From Octopus sinensis (lineage: Eukaryota), in assembly GCF_006345805.1 (NCBI RefSeq), contig NC_042999.1:91078001-91142000 (forward strand): a stretch of 64,000 nt of DNA, given 5' to 3'. The notes beneath the pieces are model-generated. The model worked only from the letters and a program-made list of their open reading frames with translations, was not told the DNA's origin and did not search any database. The first letter of the stretch is position 1, and every line of letters begins with the position of its first letter. The position numbers and the translations under genes were made by a program. Shown here piece after piece: positions 12,000-23,943 of this stretch.

Positions 12000-12200
12000 T
12001 GTTTAACCCCAGTCTGAACCTGAAACGGGACAGATATATGATCAAAGATGTCCTCGCCACGACTGTCCCCCCATCTTTCGCTTTAGACATAGTGTTTATA
12101 CGGCTACAGTATCCAATATGTTTACTTTTAAGACAGTAGCGTATAATTTTTCAGGAAGATTTGGTTGCTATTTCTAGCAGGTCCGGATGACTGCAAATAG
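12000..12200 (+). mobile_element. Old unclassified interspersed repeat, family D (other copies at about 10840-11010, 13020-13200, 13700-13760, 39075-39240, 44450-44650 on +; 15905-16100 on -)
   Basis: Shared motifs TTAACCCC/AGTC...TATGATCAAAG and GATTTGGTTGCTATTTCTAGCAG across the copies. Confidence 0.55.
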
Positions 12201-13936
12201 GCTTTTCTCGGTGGATAGTATTGTCGTCAAGCAGCAGATTAACCCTGATAAAGCAGACGGGTATATGAGAGCAAATAGCATTTCAGCCACAAAAATTCTG
12301 TCCTTCTTTCAAGTTGCATCTATTCCTAACTTGGTGTATCTAGGTGCAGCCCACCACACCACCACCTTTCCAAGAAAGTAACGTGTAATTTATGGGAGGT
12401 TTCGTAGTAGGTCGATCGACCGCATAGAAGTCTCCTGTAGCAGGTACTGGTATAGACAGTAGTTGTGACGGTGTTATTAGTGGGAGAGTTGTTGTAGTGT
12501 TGTTGCTAGTTGTAGCTGTTGGTCTCATTGCTGTGGTGATGCTGGTGTTGGTGGAGATGTGGTGCTTAAAGCGCCGGTGTTTGTTGTAAATTTACCAGTG
12601 GTGGTGGTGGTGGTGGTAACGTTGATGATTGCTGTGCAGGTGGTAATTGTTGTTGAGGTGGTGGTATTAGTGGTTGAAATTGCAAGAGCTAGCTGTACTT
12701 GTGGTGGTCGTGGTAGTGTTAATGTTTAAGGGTCAACTGGTAGTGTTAATTGCAGTTGTGGCGATATTGGTGTTTGCAGTGCAGGTAGTAGTATTTGTGG
12801 TAGCAGTGACACTGGTGGTGGTAGTGATGGTGATAATGGCGGTAGTATTGGTTGTTGAGGTGCAGGTGGTGACTGTAGTTGTGGTAGTAGTGTTGGTGGT
12901 CAGGTGTGACCGATAGTTGTGGTAGTGGCATTGATTTTTGTGGGGATTCAGGTAACTGTTGCATTTGTGGTGGTTGTATTAATGGTCGTCGTGAAGGTTA
13001 AGGTAATAGTGTGGGCTATATTCAACCCCTAAGTCAGTCCTGATGGAGCAAACCTTTCGTCAAAGATGTTAGAACTGGGACCATCCCACCATTTTTCATT
13101 CATGGCACATCCACAACAGCATCGGCCAATGCATACTGTTGTTTATTTTAACAGATAAATAGGGTGTAATATGAGGAAAATTTGGTTGCTATATCTAGCG
13201 CAGCTACTTTACCGTTCACTTATCATGCTGGTTCAGGTAGTATTTGGTGGCTGGTTTGTTGGTTGAAGATGTAGTTGATATTGTTATGCTGGCGTTAGAG
13301 GCTGCGATGCTGGTGTTACAGATCTGTTGTGTTGATGCTTCCATTGAGTTTTCAGTGTTATTTGTTGTTGAACTTGTGGTGCTGGTAGCATTGATAGTTC
13401 AGGGGGATCTTGTTGCGGTTTATGCTGTTGTCATTAATGGTGCTTTTAATTGTAGTTGTAACCATAATAATGTCGGTTTTGCTGGTTATTGATTGATTTT
13501 TAGGCTATTGTTCCTGTTCATGTTGTAGCGATAGTGATGCAGGTGGGGGCGCGTGTGGTGCGGATTGGGGTACGAGTGGTGGTAGTAGTGGCGGTGGTGG
13601 CAGTATCGGTGGTGGAAATTTCAAATTTAATGTCCAATTTACTGTTGTTAGTAGCTGTAGGTGGCGCTGCGTGTTTGGTGCATTTAAACTTAAATCAGAT
13701 CTGGTCTGTGGTCACTGACCTATGATCAGAAGCATTCCAACCATGGCCATTCCATTTTTAACTTCAGATATACCGTATCTAAGGTTCTAATTTCAAATGT
13801 GTCCGTCCTTCCCTTCCTTCCTTCCTTCCTTCCTGAAGACGTCCAGTTGTGATTTACTACATACTTGATTATCTCTTATAGGCATAGAAACCAGATAGTT
13901 CATTCGTCGGATAGTTATTGTTAGAATCGGTGCTAA

Positions 13937-14461
13937 TCTCTATATATAAAACTGTAGTTGTGTGAGTGTCTGTCCCCTTCGATTTAGATTCCTAACTACT
14001 CCCACATTTTGCGGTGCAGTTTAACCAAATTCGGGTATCTTATAGTCGTGATTCATATCGAGCCCGTCTGGCTATTAGCGCGCGTCTACGATGAGTCTAC
14101 GATTTTAAAAATAATTTAACATAATTTTTTATTCCATTTTAATGCATATTTTTTCGTGTGTCGATGGCGGCGGAGTTGGCGTCCACGCTCACACCTGCAC
14201 CTGTTTGCTTCTCCCCCTTCTTCCCTCCATCGTGAAGCTGTGGGGAAGGGAGTGTAAGGAAATCAACGTCGTAAAGCATTGTCAAGGAGACCAGCGTTCT
14301 TTTAGAACAACGACCTCATGGCTTGAAGACACCAAAATTACCATCATCTTTCATTCCCTTTTTAATGCATTTATTTTGCTATTTTTTTGCTATAACTCAC
14401 TAAAAATGCTTATATAGTTATTTCCCTTACAAACCCGAGCAACGCCGGGCGATACTACTAG
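13937..14461 (+). mobile_element. Non-autonomous Helitron
   Basis: 5' TCTCTATATATAAAAC after A13936; 3' GC-rich hairpin CCCGAGCAACGCCGGG (14434-14449), then CTAG (14458-14461) followed by T. A|T target, no TSD. Confidence 0.8.
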
Positions 14462-14474
14462 TATTCTGTAAGAC

Positions 14475-14900
14475 TCGTTAGAACATTCGACCAAACGCAT
14501 TGCAGTATTTAGTGAAGGTCCTTTACGGTCTGAGTTTAATTCTTGCGAAAGTTAAATTTTCTGCCGTTCAACGTTCTGAGATCGATAAAATAAAGTACCA
14601 GTTAAGTACTGGGTCGATTTAATCAACTATTAATCACCATCCCAACTTCAAAACTTATGTCCTTGTACTTAAGTTAGGTATGACTATTTAACGGTGTAGA
14701 CATTGGTGGATTGGCAGAATCAGTAGTCGAGAGTCAAGTAGAGAGCTGTGTAGATAGTTAAGCAGAGTTAGGTGGTATTTAATTGCATCTCGTTGCATTT
14801 TAGGGTTTCATTCAACTTTATCTTTTATTTATCTTTCAGTAGTTGATAAAATAAGTATGCTTTAAAACATTGAGCTTCATGTAATCGACTCTATGCATGG
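14475..14900 (+). mobile_element. Two degenerate SINE family B copies (about 14475-14660 and 14700-14900); another at about 15612-15790
   Basis: TCTGAGTTTAATTC...GATCGATAAAATAAAGTACCAGTTAAGTACTGGGTCGAT; second copy TTCATTCAACTTTATC...GTTGATAAAATAAGTA. Confidence 0.55.
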
Positions 14901-15808
14901 CAATGTGTCTATGCTAGAAATCGATATTTTGCGATGTTGCTGTTTGAAATAAATAAATGAGTCCTCGTCGTTTTCGATAACAGGCGTTCAAGTTGTTTAA
15001 TCAAATTATGTAGCTATTCATGTATCCTACAGAAATCTGTACTCTTACTTTAATTCCCAAGCACAATCAGTGTCTCATAACATGTGACAAAGTTCACTCT
15101 TTTAATTACAGTTAAAGTTCACCTGATGGGCTTACACATTTTCCCGCCTACCAAATCTCATTCCCAAGGCTTGGGTCAACTCGATGTTTTGGTAAAAGAT
15201 TTCAAAACAGCAGATTTGAACCTGGGACCTCATAATTCAGAAGTAGCCTTCTTAGGTGGTGGTGGTGATAATTATGGTGAAAGTAATATTGGTGGTCTGA
15301 AAAATCGAAATGAAAATAATAATAGGAATAAAAAATAAATACAGTCGCTATTGTCATCACCGTAAGCACCCATTACAAACATCACCACAACGACTACCGT
15401 CAGTACCACATCATGGTCATGATCATCATGATTATCATCATCATCATTATGAGCAGCAGTAGCAGGAACGACAGCACCACCGCCACTACCATGACCACAA
15501 CCACCACCACAGCCACAAAAAAAGGAAAAAAAAAACCAAAGCATTACATCGATAATAATAACTCGAAAATTATTTCAATTGAACTGTTTATTGTTAAGGA
15601 ATACTATAGCTAAAGTCAGCACAATCGGTAGAGCGCCGGACAAGATGCCGTGTGGTATGTAGTTACGTTCTTTAACAATATGAGTTCAATGCATACGGTG
15701 TCAGCATTCGCTTATAGTTTTCCCAGGGTGTATAAAATAAATAGCAGTCAAGTACTGGTGACTGACCTCTCGACCGTGACACACGCTAACAAAATCTGTT
15801 GTAGAAAT

Positions 15809-15845
<37 letters not shown>

Positions 15846-16309
15846 GTAGTTGCTCTTTCTAATACTACTTTATTGAAAATATTATTGAAAATAAGACATA
15901 GTTATCCGAGAGAGGGACTTTTACATGGTCATTAGACGTGACAGGAAAAAGCGAATATCTTTTGAATCACACCTCGAAGTCTTAGACAATGTAAAAGAAG
16001 AAAAATCGCATTTGATACTGTGAACCTAGATACAATTAAATACAGATTGTGGACACGACCAAACTACTTATCATCATATATCTGCTCCATTAGGTTTGAC
16101 TTGCGGCTAAACATCAATAACAGTGCCACTCTATTGTGATTATTTAAATGTAGCCTGGCAGAGCGAACGTCAGCTGTCTGGTGCCATGAACACAGTACCA
16201 TCCTGTAGGCGATGAAAGTTGACAAAGCAAAAACAAGAAAAGCAGATATGTACATATATATATATATATATATATGAAGAAGTACACTAAGATGTAGAGC
16301 AGTATGTAT

Positions 16310-16570
16310 TAAAAATGAGGAAGGCCGGTTTATAGGATTATCCTGAGTTTCCCGTCCATAAATCGTTTAGTTTTATGGCGTATCGTCAGACCCCAAAACC
16401 TGTTGGCCTAAGATCTCTTGAAAATATGGAGGAGCTTCTACCCCCTCCATATTTTGAAGGGGTCTTAAGCCAACAGGTTTTTTTGGTCTATAGGTACGCC
16501 ATATAGACAAAACCCTTTATGGACGGGAAACCCAGGGTAATCTTATAAACCGGCCTTCCCACTTTTAATA
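16310..16570. mobile_element. Fold-back MITE (duplicated at about 17648-17908)
   Basis: GGAAGGCCGGTTTATAGGATTATCCTGAGTTTCCCGTCCATAAA versus TTTATGGACGGGAAACCCAGGGTAATCTTATAAACCGGCCTTCC; the interior is also largely palindromic (CCTGTTGGC/GCCAACAGG, AAAATATGGAGG/CCTCCATATTTT). Confidence 0.75.
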
Positions 16571-17059
16571 TATATAGTGGTCATCCCTCTTATATGTAAT
16601 ATAATTTTTCTGAATCTTCAGATTTTAATATGCTAGACCACTGCTTTTAAATTGATATTAATCAAATTAATATTCAATTTTCACCCTTATATATATGTAT
16701 ATATCTACGAACAAAACGCCTTCCCCCACGTCCAATGGACGGTGCTGAGTTGTCAAACATTTAAACCAAATTTTCTCAACGACCGCCCCATAGGCCTCCC
16801 CTTTGAGAAACACTGATTTAACCTAAAATTGAGACACCTGCAAAAGAAGAAATAAAGAGAGACTTTTTTCTATTCCAAAGAAAAACGATTTTATTCACGC
16901 AAATATGTAACCGAAGAGTTTAAAGTACCAGTAATGATAAGGCTGTTGACTGGGAGAACACAAACATGGTTTAAACAGTAAGCTTGGCAGGAAGAAACGT
17001 GCCTTTAAGCAATAAAAAATGAAAGGTGCAGTTATGTACAGGTTGATGGAAGAAAAGCA

Positions 17060-17255
17060 CGTTCCCACGGCTTTATCAATCGCATTCTCACCTGGAATCG
17101 ATTTTTGTAATTTTTTTAAAAACTTATACACGCTCTCATACCGTCAGTATCTATATATCAAATTTGAGCGCAGTCGGATGAAGGATGCCCAAGATCCTAG
17201 AAGACACACAGACAGACAGACAGACAGAACGAATTTTATATAATATATATATATA
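17060..17255 (-). mobile_element. Probable DINE-1/Helentron-like fragment with (GACA)n (duplicated at about 18400-18595)
   Basis: CAAATTTGAGCGCAGTCGGATG...CACAGACAGACAGACAGACAG...TTTTATATAATATA resembles the 5' end of DINE-1-type elements read on the minus strand. Confidence 0.4.
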
Positions 17256-17259
17256 TATG

Positions 17260-17560
17260 ATGGACTCTCTCGTCGTTACACGACGTATGAAGGTTCGCCA
17301 ATTTCTTACCGAACAAACACATAGATGTTTTGTTTATAGTGATCAAATGTTTCTGTACACATAACCTCACTCCCTCCATCAAATTGACATTACCTGTACA
17401 GGTGCAACAGGTGCCACATGTCAGATGACGAAATGATCGTAGAGCAACGTGTAATGAAGTACTTTGCTCAAGAACACAACGCAACGCCCGGTCTGGGAAT
17501 CGAACCCACGACCTCACAATCGTGAGTGCAACACCTTAACCACTGAGCCATGTGCCTTCA
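17260..17560 (-). mobile_element. tRNA-derived SINE family C (duplicated at about 18599-18899)
   Basis: Minus strand GAAGGCACATGGCTCAGTGGTTAAGGTG...GGGTTCGATTCCCAGACC (A and B boxes), then GTGTTCTTGAGCAAAGTACTTCAT, a CORE-like block. Confidence 0.85.
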
Positions 17561-17573
17561 CACACACACACAT

Positions 17574-17613
<40 letters not shown>

Positions 17614-18912
17614 GAAGAAGTACACTAAGATGTAGAGCAGTATGTATTAAAAATGAGGAAGGCCGGTTTATAGGATTATCCTGAGTTTCCCGTCCATAAA
17701 TCGTTTAGTTTTATGGCGTATCGTCAGACCCCAAAACCTGTTGGCCTAAGATCTCTTGAAAATATGGAGGAGCTTCTACCCCATCCATATTTTGAAGGGG
17801 TCTTAAGCCAACAGGTTTTTTTGGTCTATAGGTACGCCATATAGACAAAACCCTTTATGGACGGGAAACCCAGGGTAATCTTATAAACCGGCCTTCCCAC
17901 TTTTAATATATATAGTGGTCATCCCTCTTATATGTAATATAATTTTTCTGAATCTTCAGATTTTAATATGCTAGACCACTGCTTTTAAATTGATATTAAT
18001 CAAATTAATATTCAATTTTCACCCTTATATATATGTATATATCTACGAACAAAACGCCTTCCCCCACGTCCAATGGACGGTGCTGAGTTGTCAAACATTT
18101 AAACCAAATTTTCTCAACGACCGCCCCATAGGCCTCCCCTTTGAGAAACACTGATTTAACCTAAAATTGAGACACCTGCAAAAGAAGAAATAAAGAGAGA
18201 CTTTTTTCTATTCCAAAGAAAAACGATTTTATTCACGCAAATATGTAACCGAAGAGTTTAAAGTACCAGTAATGATAAGGCTGTTGACTGGGAGAACACA
18301 AACATGGTTTAAACAGTAAGCTTGGCAGGAAAGAAACGTGCCTTTAAGCAATAAAAAATGAAAGGTGCAGTTATGTACAGGTTGATGGAAGAAAAGCACG
18401 TTCCCACGGCTTTATCAATCGCATTCTCACCTGGAATCGATTTTTGTAATTTTTTTAAAAACTTATACACGCTCTCATACCGTCAGTATCTATATATCAA
18501 ATTTGAGCGCAGTCGGATGAAGGATGCCCAAGATCCTAGAAGACACACAGACAGACAGACAGACAGAACGAATTTTATATAATATATATATATATATGAT
18601 GGACTCTCTCGTCGTTACACGACGTATGAAGGTTCGCCAATTTCTTACCGAACAAACACATAGATGTTTTGTTTATAGTGATCAAATGTTTCTGTACACA
18701 TAACCTCACTCCCTCCATCAAATTGACATTACCTGTACAGGTGCAACAGGTGCCACATGTCAGATGACGAAATGATCGTAGAGCAACGTGTAATGAAGTA
18801 CTTTGCTCAAGAACACAACGCAACGCCCGGTCTGGGAATCGAACCCACGACCTCACAATCGTGAGTGCAACACCTTAACCACTGAGCCATGTGCCTTCAC
18901 ACACACACACAT

Positions 18913-18951
<39 letters not shown>

Positions 18952-18954
18952 ATC

Positions 18955-19145
18955 ATTTACTTACGTCAGTCATTAACCTGCGGTCATGTTGAGGCACTGC
19001 CTTTAGGAAATTTAGTGAAACGAATCGACCCACTTGTTTATAATGGTCTCTTTTACTAAAACACTAGGATACACTGGGATGTAAACACTCCAACACCGGT
19101 CGTCAATCGGTGGTGGAGGGCAAACACAAACACAAAGACATATAC
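18955..19145 (-). mobile_element. Degenerate SINE family A 3' half
   Basis: CAGTCATTAACCTGCGGTCATGTTGAGGCACTGCCTTTAG...GTAAACACTCCAACACCGGTCGTCAA matches 46580-46770. Confidence 0.65.
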
Positions 19146-19422
19146 ACATACAATTGAATTTTGATTTAATAGTAATTACGTAGATTACGATACTTAAGTT
19201 AAACCTTCGAATAGATGAAACGTGAATTCATATATTTCAGATTGAAATCTGCATTTTACTTTACAACCTTGCTTTGACTTTAGACTTCTTGTGTATTTAT
19301 ATTGTTTTGTATTCCCTGAACTCTCACGCATACATACATACATACATACATACATACATACATACATACATACATACATACATACATACATACATACATA
19401 CATACATGCATACATACATACA

Positions 19423-19540
19423 GACTAAAATACCCTGTTGTGGATGTTGAAATTCCAATGAAGGAACCTTGAATCTAGGTTGGAAACCGGCTCTTTCTTT
19501 ATTGGCAAGAGATCTTGAAATAAAACTAAACAATAACATA
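19423..19540 (+). mobile_element. About 115-bp (TATG)n-associated repeat with a hammerhead-like skeleton (copies at about 39600-39700 and 43464-43556 on -)
   Basis: Three copies of AAAATACC..GTTGAAATTCCAATGAAGGAACCTTG(G/A)ATCTAGGTT(A/G)GAAACCGG(C/T)TCTTTC..GGCAAGAAATTTTGAAATAAAACTGAATAATGAC, each next to TATG/TA tracts. Confidence 0.7.
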
Positions 19541-19904
19541 CATACATACTTACACACGCATATACATGCATACATACATACATACATACATACATACATA
19601 CATACATGTGTTTGCACTCGAATGTCTATCAAGCTTTCAAGAAACAAATTTATCTGTCAACCACCGCCATAATTATAATAATTTAAAACTTGGAAAAACT
19701 TTTGCGTTACTGATTATAGATTTCATCAATTAATATTCTATTGTTTCTAATGTTACAACTTTTGTATACTCATTCCCAAGGATGTTCTGGGAAAGCGTAA
19801 AAGAGAACTGGAAACAAAACCCCAGTAATATCAATGTGAACTGTGACTGTGTATCGTGAAAGCATAAAATATCTAATTTAGTTTAAGTTTTTAAATATTA
19901 TTTT

Positions 19905-20282
19905 CCACTCTAGGTACAAGGCCCAAAATTTTGGAGGAGGGGCCAGTCGATTAGATCTACCCCAGTATGCAACTGGCACTTAATTTATCGACCTCGAAAG
20001 GATGAAAGGCAAAGTGAATCTCAGCGGCATTTCAACTCAGAACATAAAGACAGACTTTACTGCCCACATGGGGCTACATACAAAGGGGACAAACAAGGAC
20101 AGACAAACGGATTAAACCGATTATATTGACCCCGGTGCGTAACTGGTACTCAATTTATCGACCCCGAAATGATGAAAGGCAAAGTCAACCTCGGCAGAAT
20201 TTGAACTCAGAACGTAGCGGCAGACGATATACCGTTTTGCATTTCGCCCGGCGAGCTAACGTTTCTGTCAGCTCACCGCCTT
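19905..20282 (-). mobile_element. Two adjacent SINE family B copies (about 19905-20052 and 20055-20282); the second has a Tx1-like tail
   Basis: Both contain TTTATCGACC(T/C)CGAAA(G/T)GATGAAAGGCAAAGT. The second has the head GGCGGTGAGCTGACAGAAACGTTAGC and the tail TTGTCCCCTTTGTATGTAGCCCCATGTGGGCAGTAAAG (minus strand). Confidence 0.85.
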
Positions 20283-20399
20283 GTAAGTTTTTTAAATATT
20301 GACCCAGTACGCTTCAAAAAACATGTATGCTCAGGGTTCATAGCTAAAGTTCAAGTCAATTGCTTGCCGTATGTTGAGTGCAACTGACGTTAACAATAA

Positions 20400-20650
20400 C
20401 CATGGGTGGGGGCAGTACATCATTTCATAGGATATATATACGATAAGCATCTTGCTCGAATCGTATAGACTCATTGGTCCAGTTTTCCGGTGACCGTGTG
20501 GAATATATTCCCCACCTAGACGGGAAGCCGGTCCGTTGCAAGATTGCTCATTTTTGTGAGCTGAGTGAACCGGAGCAACGTGAAATGAAGTGCTTTGTTC
20601 AAGGACATAATAATCATGAGTCCACACAGTGACCACTAAACCACATATCC
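20400..20650 (-). mobile_element. SINE family C, degenerate
   Basis: GAGCAACGTGAAATGAAGTGCTTTGTTCAAGGACA...GACCACTAAACCAC on + matches 17440-17550. Confidence 0.65.
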
Positions 20651-20725
20651 CCATTATTTCATAGATATGCGTACATATATGTGTGTCCATGTGTATAAAC
20701 TGTATAAGTATTTCCAAATATACAT

Positions 20726-20762
<37 letters not shown>

Positions 20763-21524
20763 CATATATATATATACACATATATATATACACATATATG
20801 CATACGTACGTATATATATATATGTATATATCTTTGTGTGCGTGCGTGCGTGCATGTTTGTATATGCATATATGTATGTATGTATGTATATATAAATAAA
20901 TTTCTGGTAGAATTACTAAGAACACCATTCCACGTACGTTAAAAAATGTTTTTATACAAAATAATGCTATCTGTGTGTCCTCTATCACAACTGGAGGGCC
21001 TTGAGCACCTCGAATCAAGGAAGTAAGATCTTCCACGATCCCTTGGTCTTCAAGAAAATATCCCTTGAAACTTTATTGCTATGAGAAAGAAAGTGTTCAT
21101 TGGATAAATATGTATGCCTAAAAACAGGAAGGTTATTTCTAGAACGCCCTTGATTTTATAGGTCGTCTTTTCGATTAGAGCTAAACCGGAACTTTGTAGC
21201 AACTATGGAAATAGAAAGATATAGACGCTCGCGCGAACACACACACTCAGTTATACAGACACACTCAGATATTATTTCAAAGCGTATAATTTGATTTATT
21301 ATGTTCCTGTATCACATTTATATAATTTAAATTTTAAATTAGCTATTTTTATAAGTTGATTTATTTATTGATCAGTTTCATAAACTATTCGACGATACAT
21401 TTTAACAAATTACAATATACAAATGCATACGCTTACATTCAAGTGCACCTACTTACCCGTATATTATATATATATATATGAGTGTGTGTGTGTACCTAAA
21501 TATATTTGTATATTTAGGTTTGCA

Positions 21525-21618
<94 letters not shown>

Positions 21619-22404
21619 CACATACACATGCATACGTATACGCGCGCACACACATTCATTCTGTGTAAAATTCTTTCTTTTTAAAATCTTTTTTTATATC
21701 CCGTCTTTGTAAATTGTTCGGTCAACTTTTACTATCTGAGGTCGCTAACGATCCGCATTAGTTGATGCTCTGTTTTTAAGTCATCGTTCGCTTATTCCAT
21801 ATGAGATCGCTAGAGGGTTAAAGCTAATTTGATACTGCTGTTGTACTGGCTTGCAGTCTCCATTGTATCTATTTCATAGATTTTATTGTTCTTTTTATCT
21901 GAAAATACTCAAGTTGCATCAGATATATTGTGTGTGTTCGAGTGGCCTATTATATATGTTTTTCTGAAACAATTTTTCTTGATATTTCTCGTTCTTCATT
22001 AATTAATATTTCTTGCTCATCCGTTGATGTGGAAATTGTAGGATCTTCAGTGCTATATCTGATAGCCATTGAAGCACCTGAAGAATAAACAACAAATAGC
22101 TAAAAAAGTAGGGTGTAACACATGGTATGGATTAGAGAAACAGCGTTAGAAATAAATGTTGTACGCAAGCAGAAGAAGACTTCAAAATTAGCCAATGAGA
22201 ATGCTTAAAAATTTCAACATTTTCAGGTAAAAAATATGACAACAATAACAATATTCCCGAAAGTTATAGAAAGGATGACGAAGCTGCTCAATGTAAACAC
22301 TGAACAACTAAAAAATATGTACAACAAAGAGTAACTGTAGTCAGAATCACAGAAGCGTGGAACTCGAATCGTGGAGTAAATAATACACGTTATGTATTGA
22401 TAAT

Positions 22405-22473
<69 letters not shown>

Positions 22474-22508
22474 AGAGAGAAAGAGAGAGAGAGAAAAATA
22501 AATAGATT

Positions 22509-22539
<31 letters not shown>

Positions 22540-22614
22540 CGATAGATAGATAGACAGACAAATATAGATATAGATATATATACAGGAGACCAAAAGTGTA
22601 CGCACGCCGCAATA

Positions 22615-22937
22615 TGTATATAAAAACACAAAAGGAACAAGAACGTAACAGGCGACAAGAAAACATTCGGACAGTTAGACGATACAAAAAAGGACAGGAA
22701 AAAACGGGGACGGGTCATTCGGAGCTTTAAATCTTCAGTCGAGTACAAGTTTGTCTTTGCAGTTTCGGCCGGTTACTCTCGAGAGTAATCAGCCGAAACT
22801 GCAAAGACGATCTGGTATCGACTGAAGATTGGAAGCTCCGAATGACCCATTCCTGTTTTTTCCTGTCCTTTTATGTACCGTCTAACTGTCCTAATGTTTT
22901 ATTGTCGCCTGTTAGACTCTTGTTCCACATTTGGTTT

Positions 22938-22945
<8 letters not shown>
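22615..22945. mobile_element. About 330-bp spacerless imperfect palindrome in (TA)n, probably an inverted Penelope-type terminal repeat
   Basis: Centre TTACTCTC|GAGAGTAA at 22780/22781. Arms match along their length, e.g. GGGTCATTCGGAGCTT/AAGCTCCGAATGACCC and GGACAGTTAGACG/CGTCTAACTGTCC. Confidence 0.75.
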
Positions 22946-22998
<53 letters not shown>

Positions 22999-23228
22999 TA
23001 TTGCAGTATAGAATATGGATTGGATTCATAGAATGGAGTGGCTATCAGAGAAAGTTCCTCTAAGGGACTCGGTTACCAGATCACATGGTAATCCTGTACA
23101 GAGAAATGTAATGTAGAGTGTCCAAGCAGGTGAAATTCAGAAGAGCTTTTCAATGAAAACATTTCACTCACACGCACTCAATAATAATAATAACAACAAC
23201 AACAACATCAACAACATTAATAATAATT

Positions 23229-23739
23229 AAAAAGTACCCTGGTGGCTTTTGATCTTAATTGATTGGAAGTGTTATCATATATATGTTTCACCTTGGTATA
23301 GAAGCTGGGCTACAGCAAATATTCTGCTCAATACCATATATGTGCTCGTCAGTTGCTTGACCATAACCAGTTGAGTATGTTCTTTAGTAATCTCTGATCA
23401 CGAGCAGAAGTAAGTGGGGAGCATCATAGCCACGTGTTGAGAGAAATTCTTCAGGGTTTGAATAATTCACCTCGGGCAACATCTGTGTTTCGTTCAGCAA
23501 CTTTAAACAACCATTAATCAGGGTCATTTTGAGCGGGTTAGGCTACACAACCAGAAGCAATTTCCAACAGGGGCCCACCTGCAAAGTTATGCGTTGTTTA
23601 TCTTCATATGAGATCACCATGTCGCACATATCTAGTTGTGATGTTTGTGCCTGGTTTACACTTAGACGCGTAGTCATGATGGGTATATTGGGCACTGTAT
23701 GTTTGTACCCCAGTATCGCTTTGATGGCATGCGCTGCTC

Positions 23740-23740
<1 letters not shown>
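23229..23740. mobile_element. Unclassified (AAT)n-embedded non-coding element X, copy 1
   Basis: Collinear homology with 25531-26085 (e.g. GATTGGAAGTGTTATCAT, GGGCTACAGCAAATATTCTGCTCAATACC, GGGCCC-CACCTGCAA); AAT repeats on both sides. Confidence 0.75.
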
Positions 23741-23794
<54 letters not shown>

Positions 23795-23835
23795 GAGGAA
23801 GAAGAAGAAGAAGAAGAAGAAGAAGAAGAAGAATG

Positions 23836-23913
<78 letters not shown>

Positions 23914-23943
23914 GTAATAATAATAAGAGTAATAATAAGAGTA

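Larger units (their letters stand above)
16274..18950. repeat. Direct tandem duplication, unit about 1338 bp (16274-17611 and 17612-about 18950)
   Basis: Identical ORF translations at offset 1339. Differences seen: C16445 vs A17783, an extra A near 18331 and CA-tract length. Junctions lie in (CA)n(TA)n. Confidence 0.95.

Noticed and set aside
11740-13725. Mucin-like Thr-rich or Val-rich ORFs as a host gene
   Set aside because: Frames are short, interrupted by stops and repeats, and lack consistent splice sites.
16799-16816. hAT/Charlie-like TIR (TTTGAGAAACACTG)
   Set aside because: No convincing partner TIR or 8-bp TSD found.
21700-22400. Possible decayed Penelope endonuclease on the minus strand (QWRLQAS-like words)
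   Set aside because: Too few matching residues and several stops; cannot be supported without a profile search.
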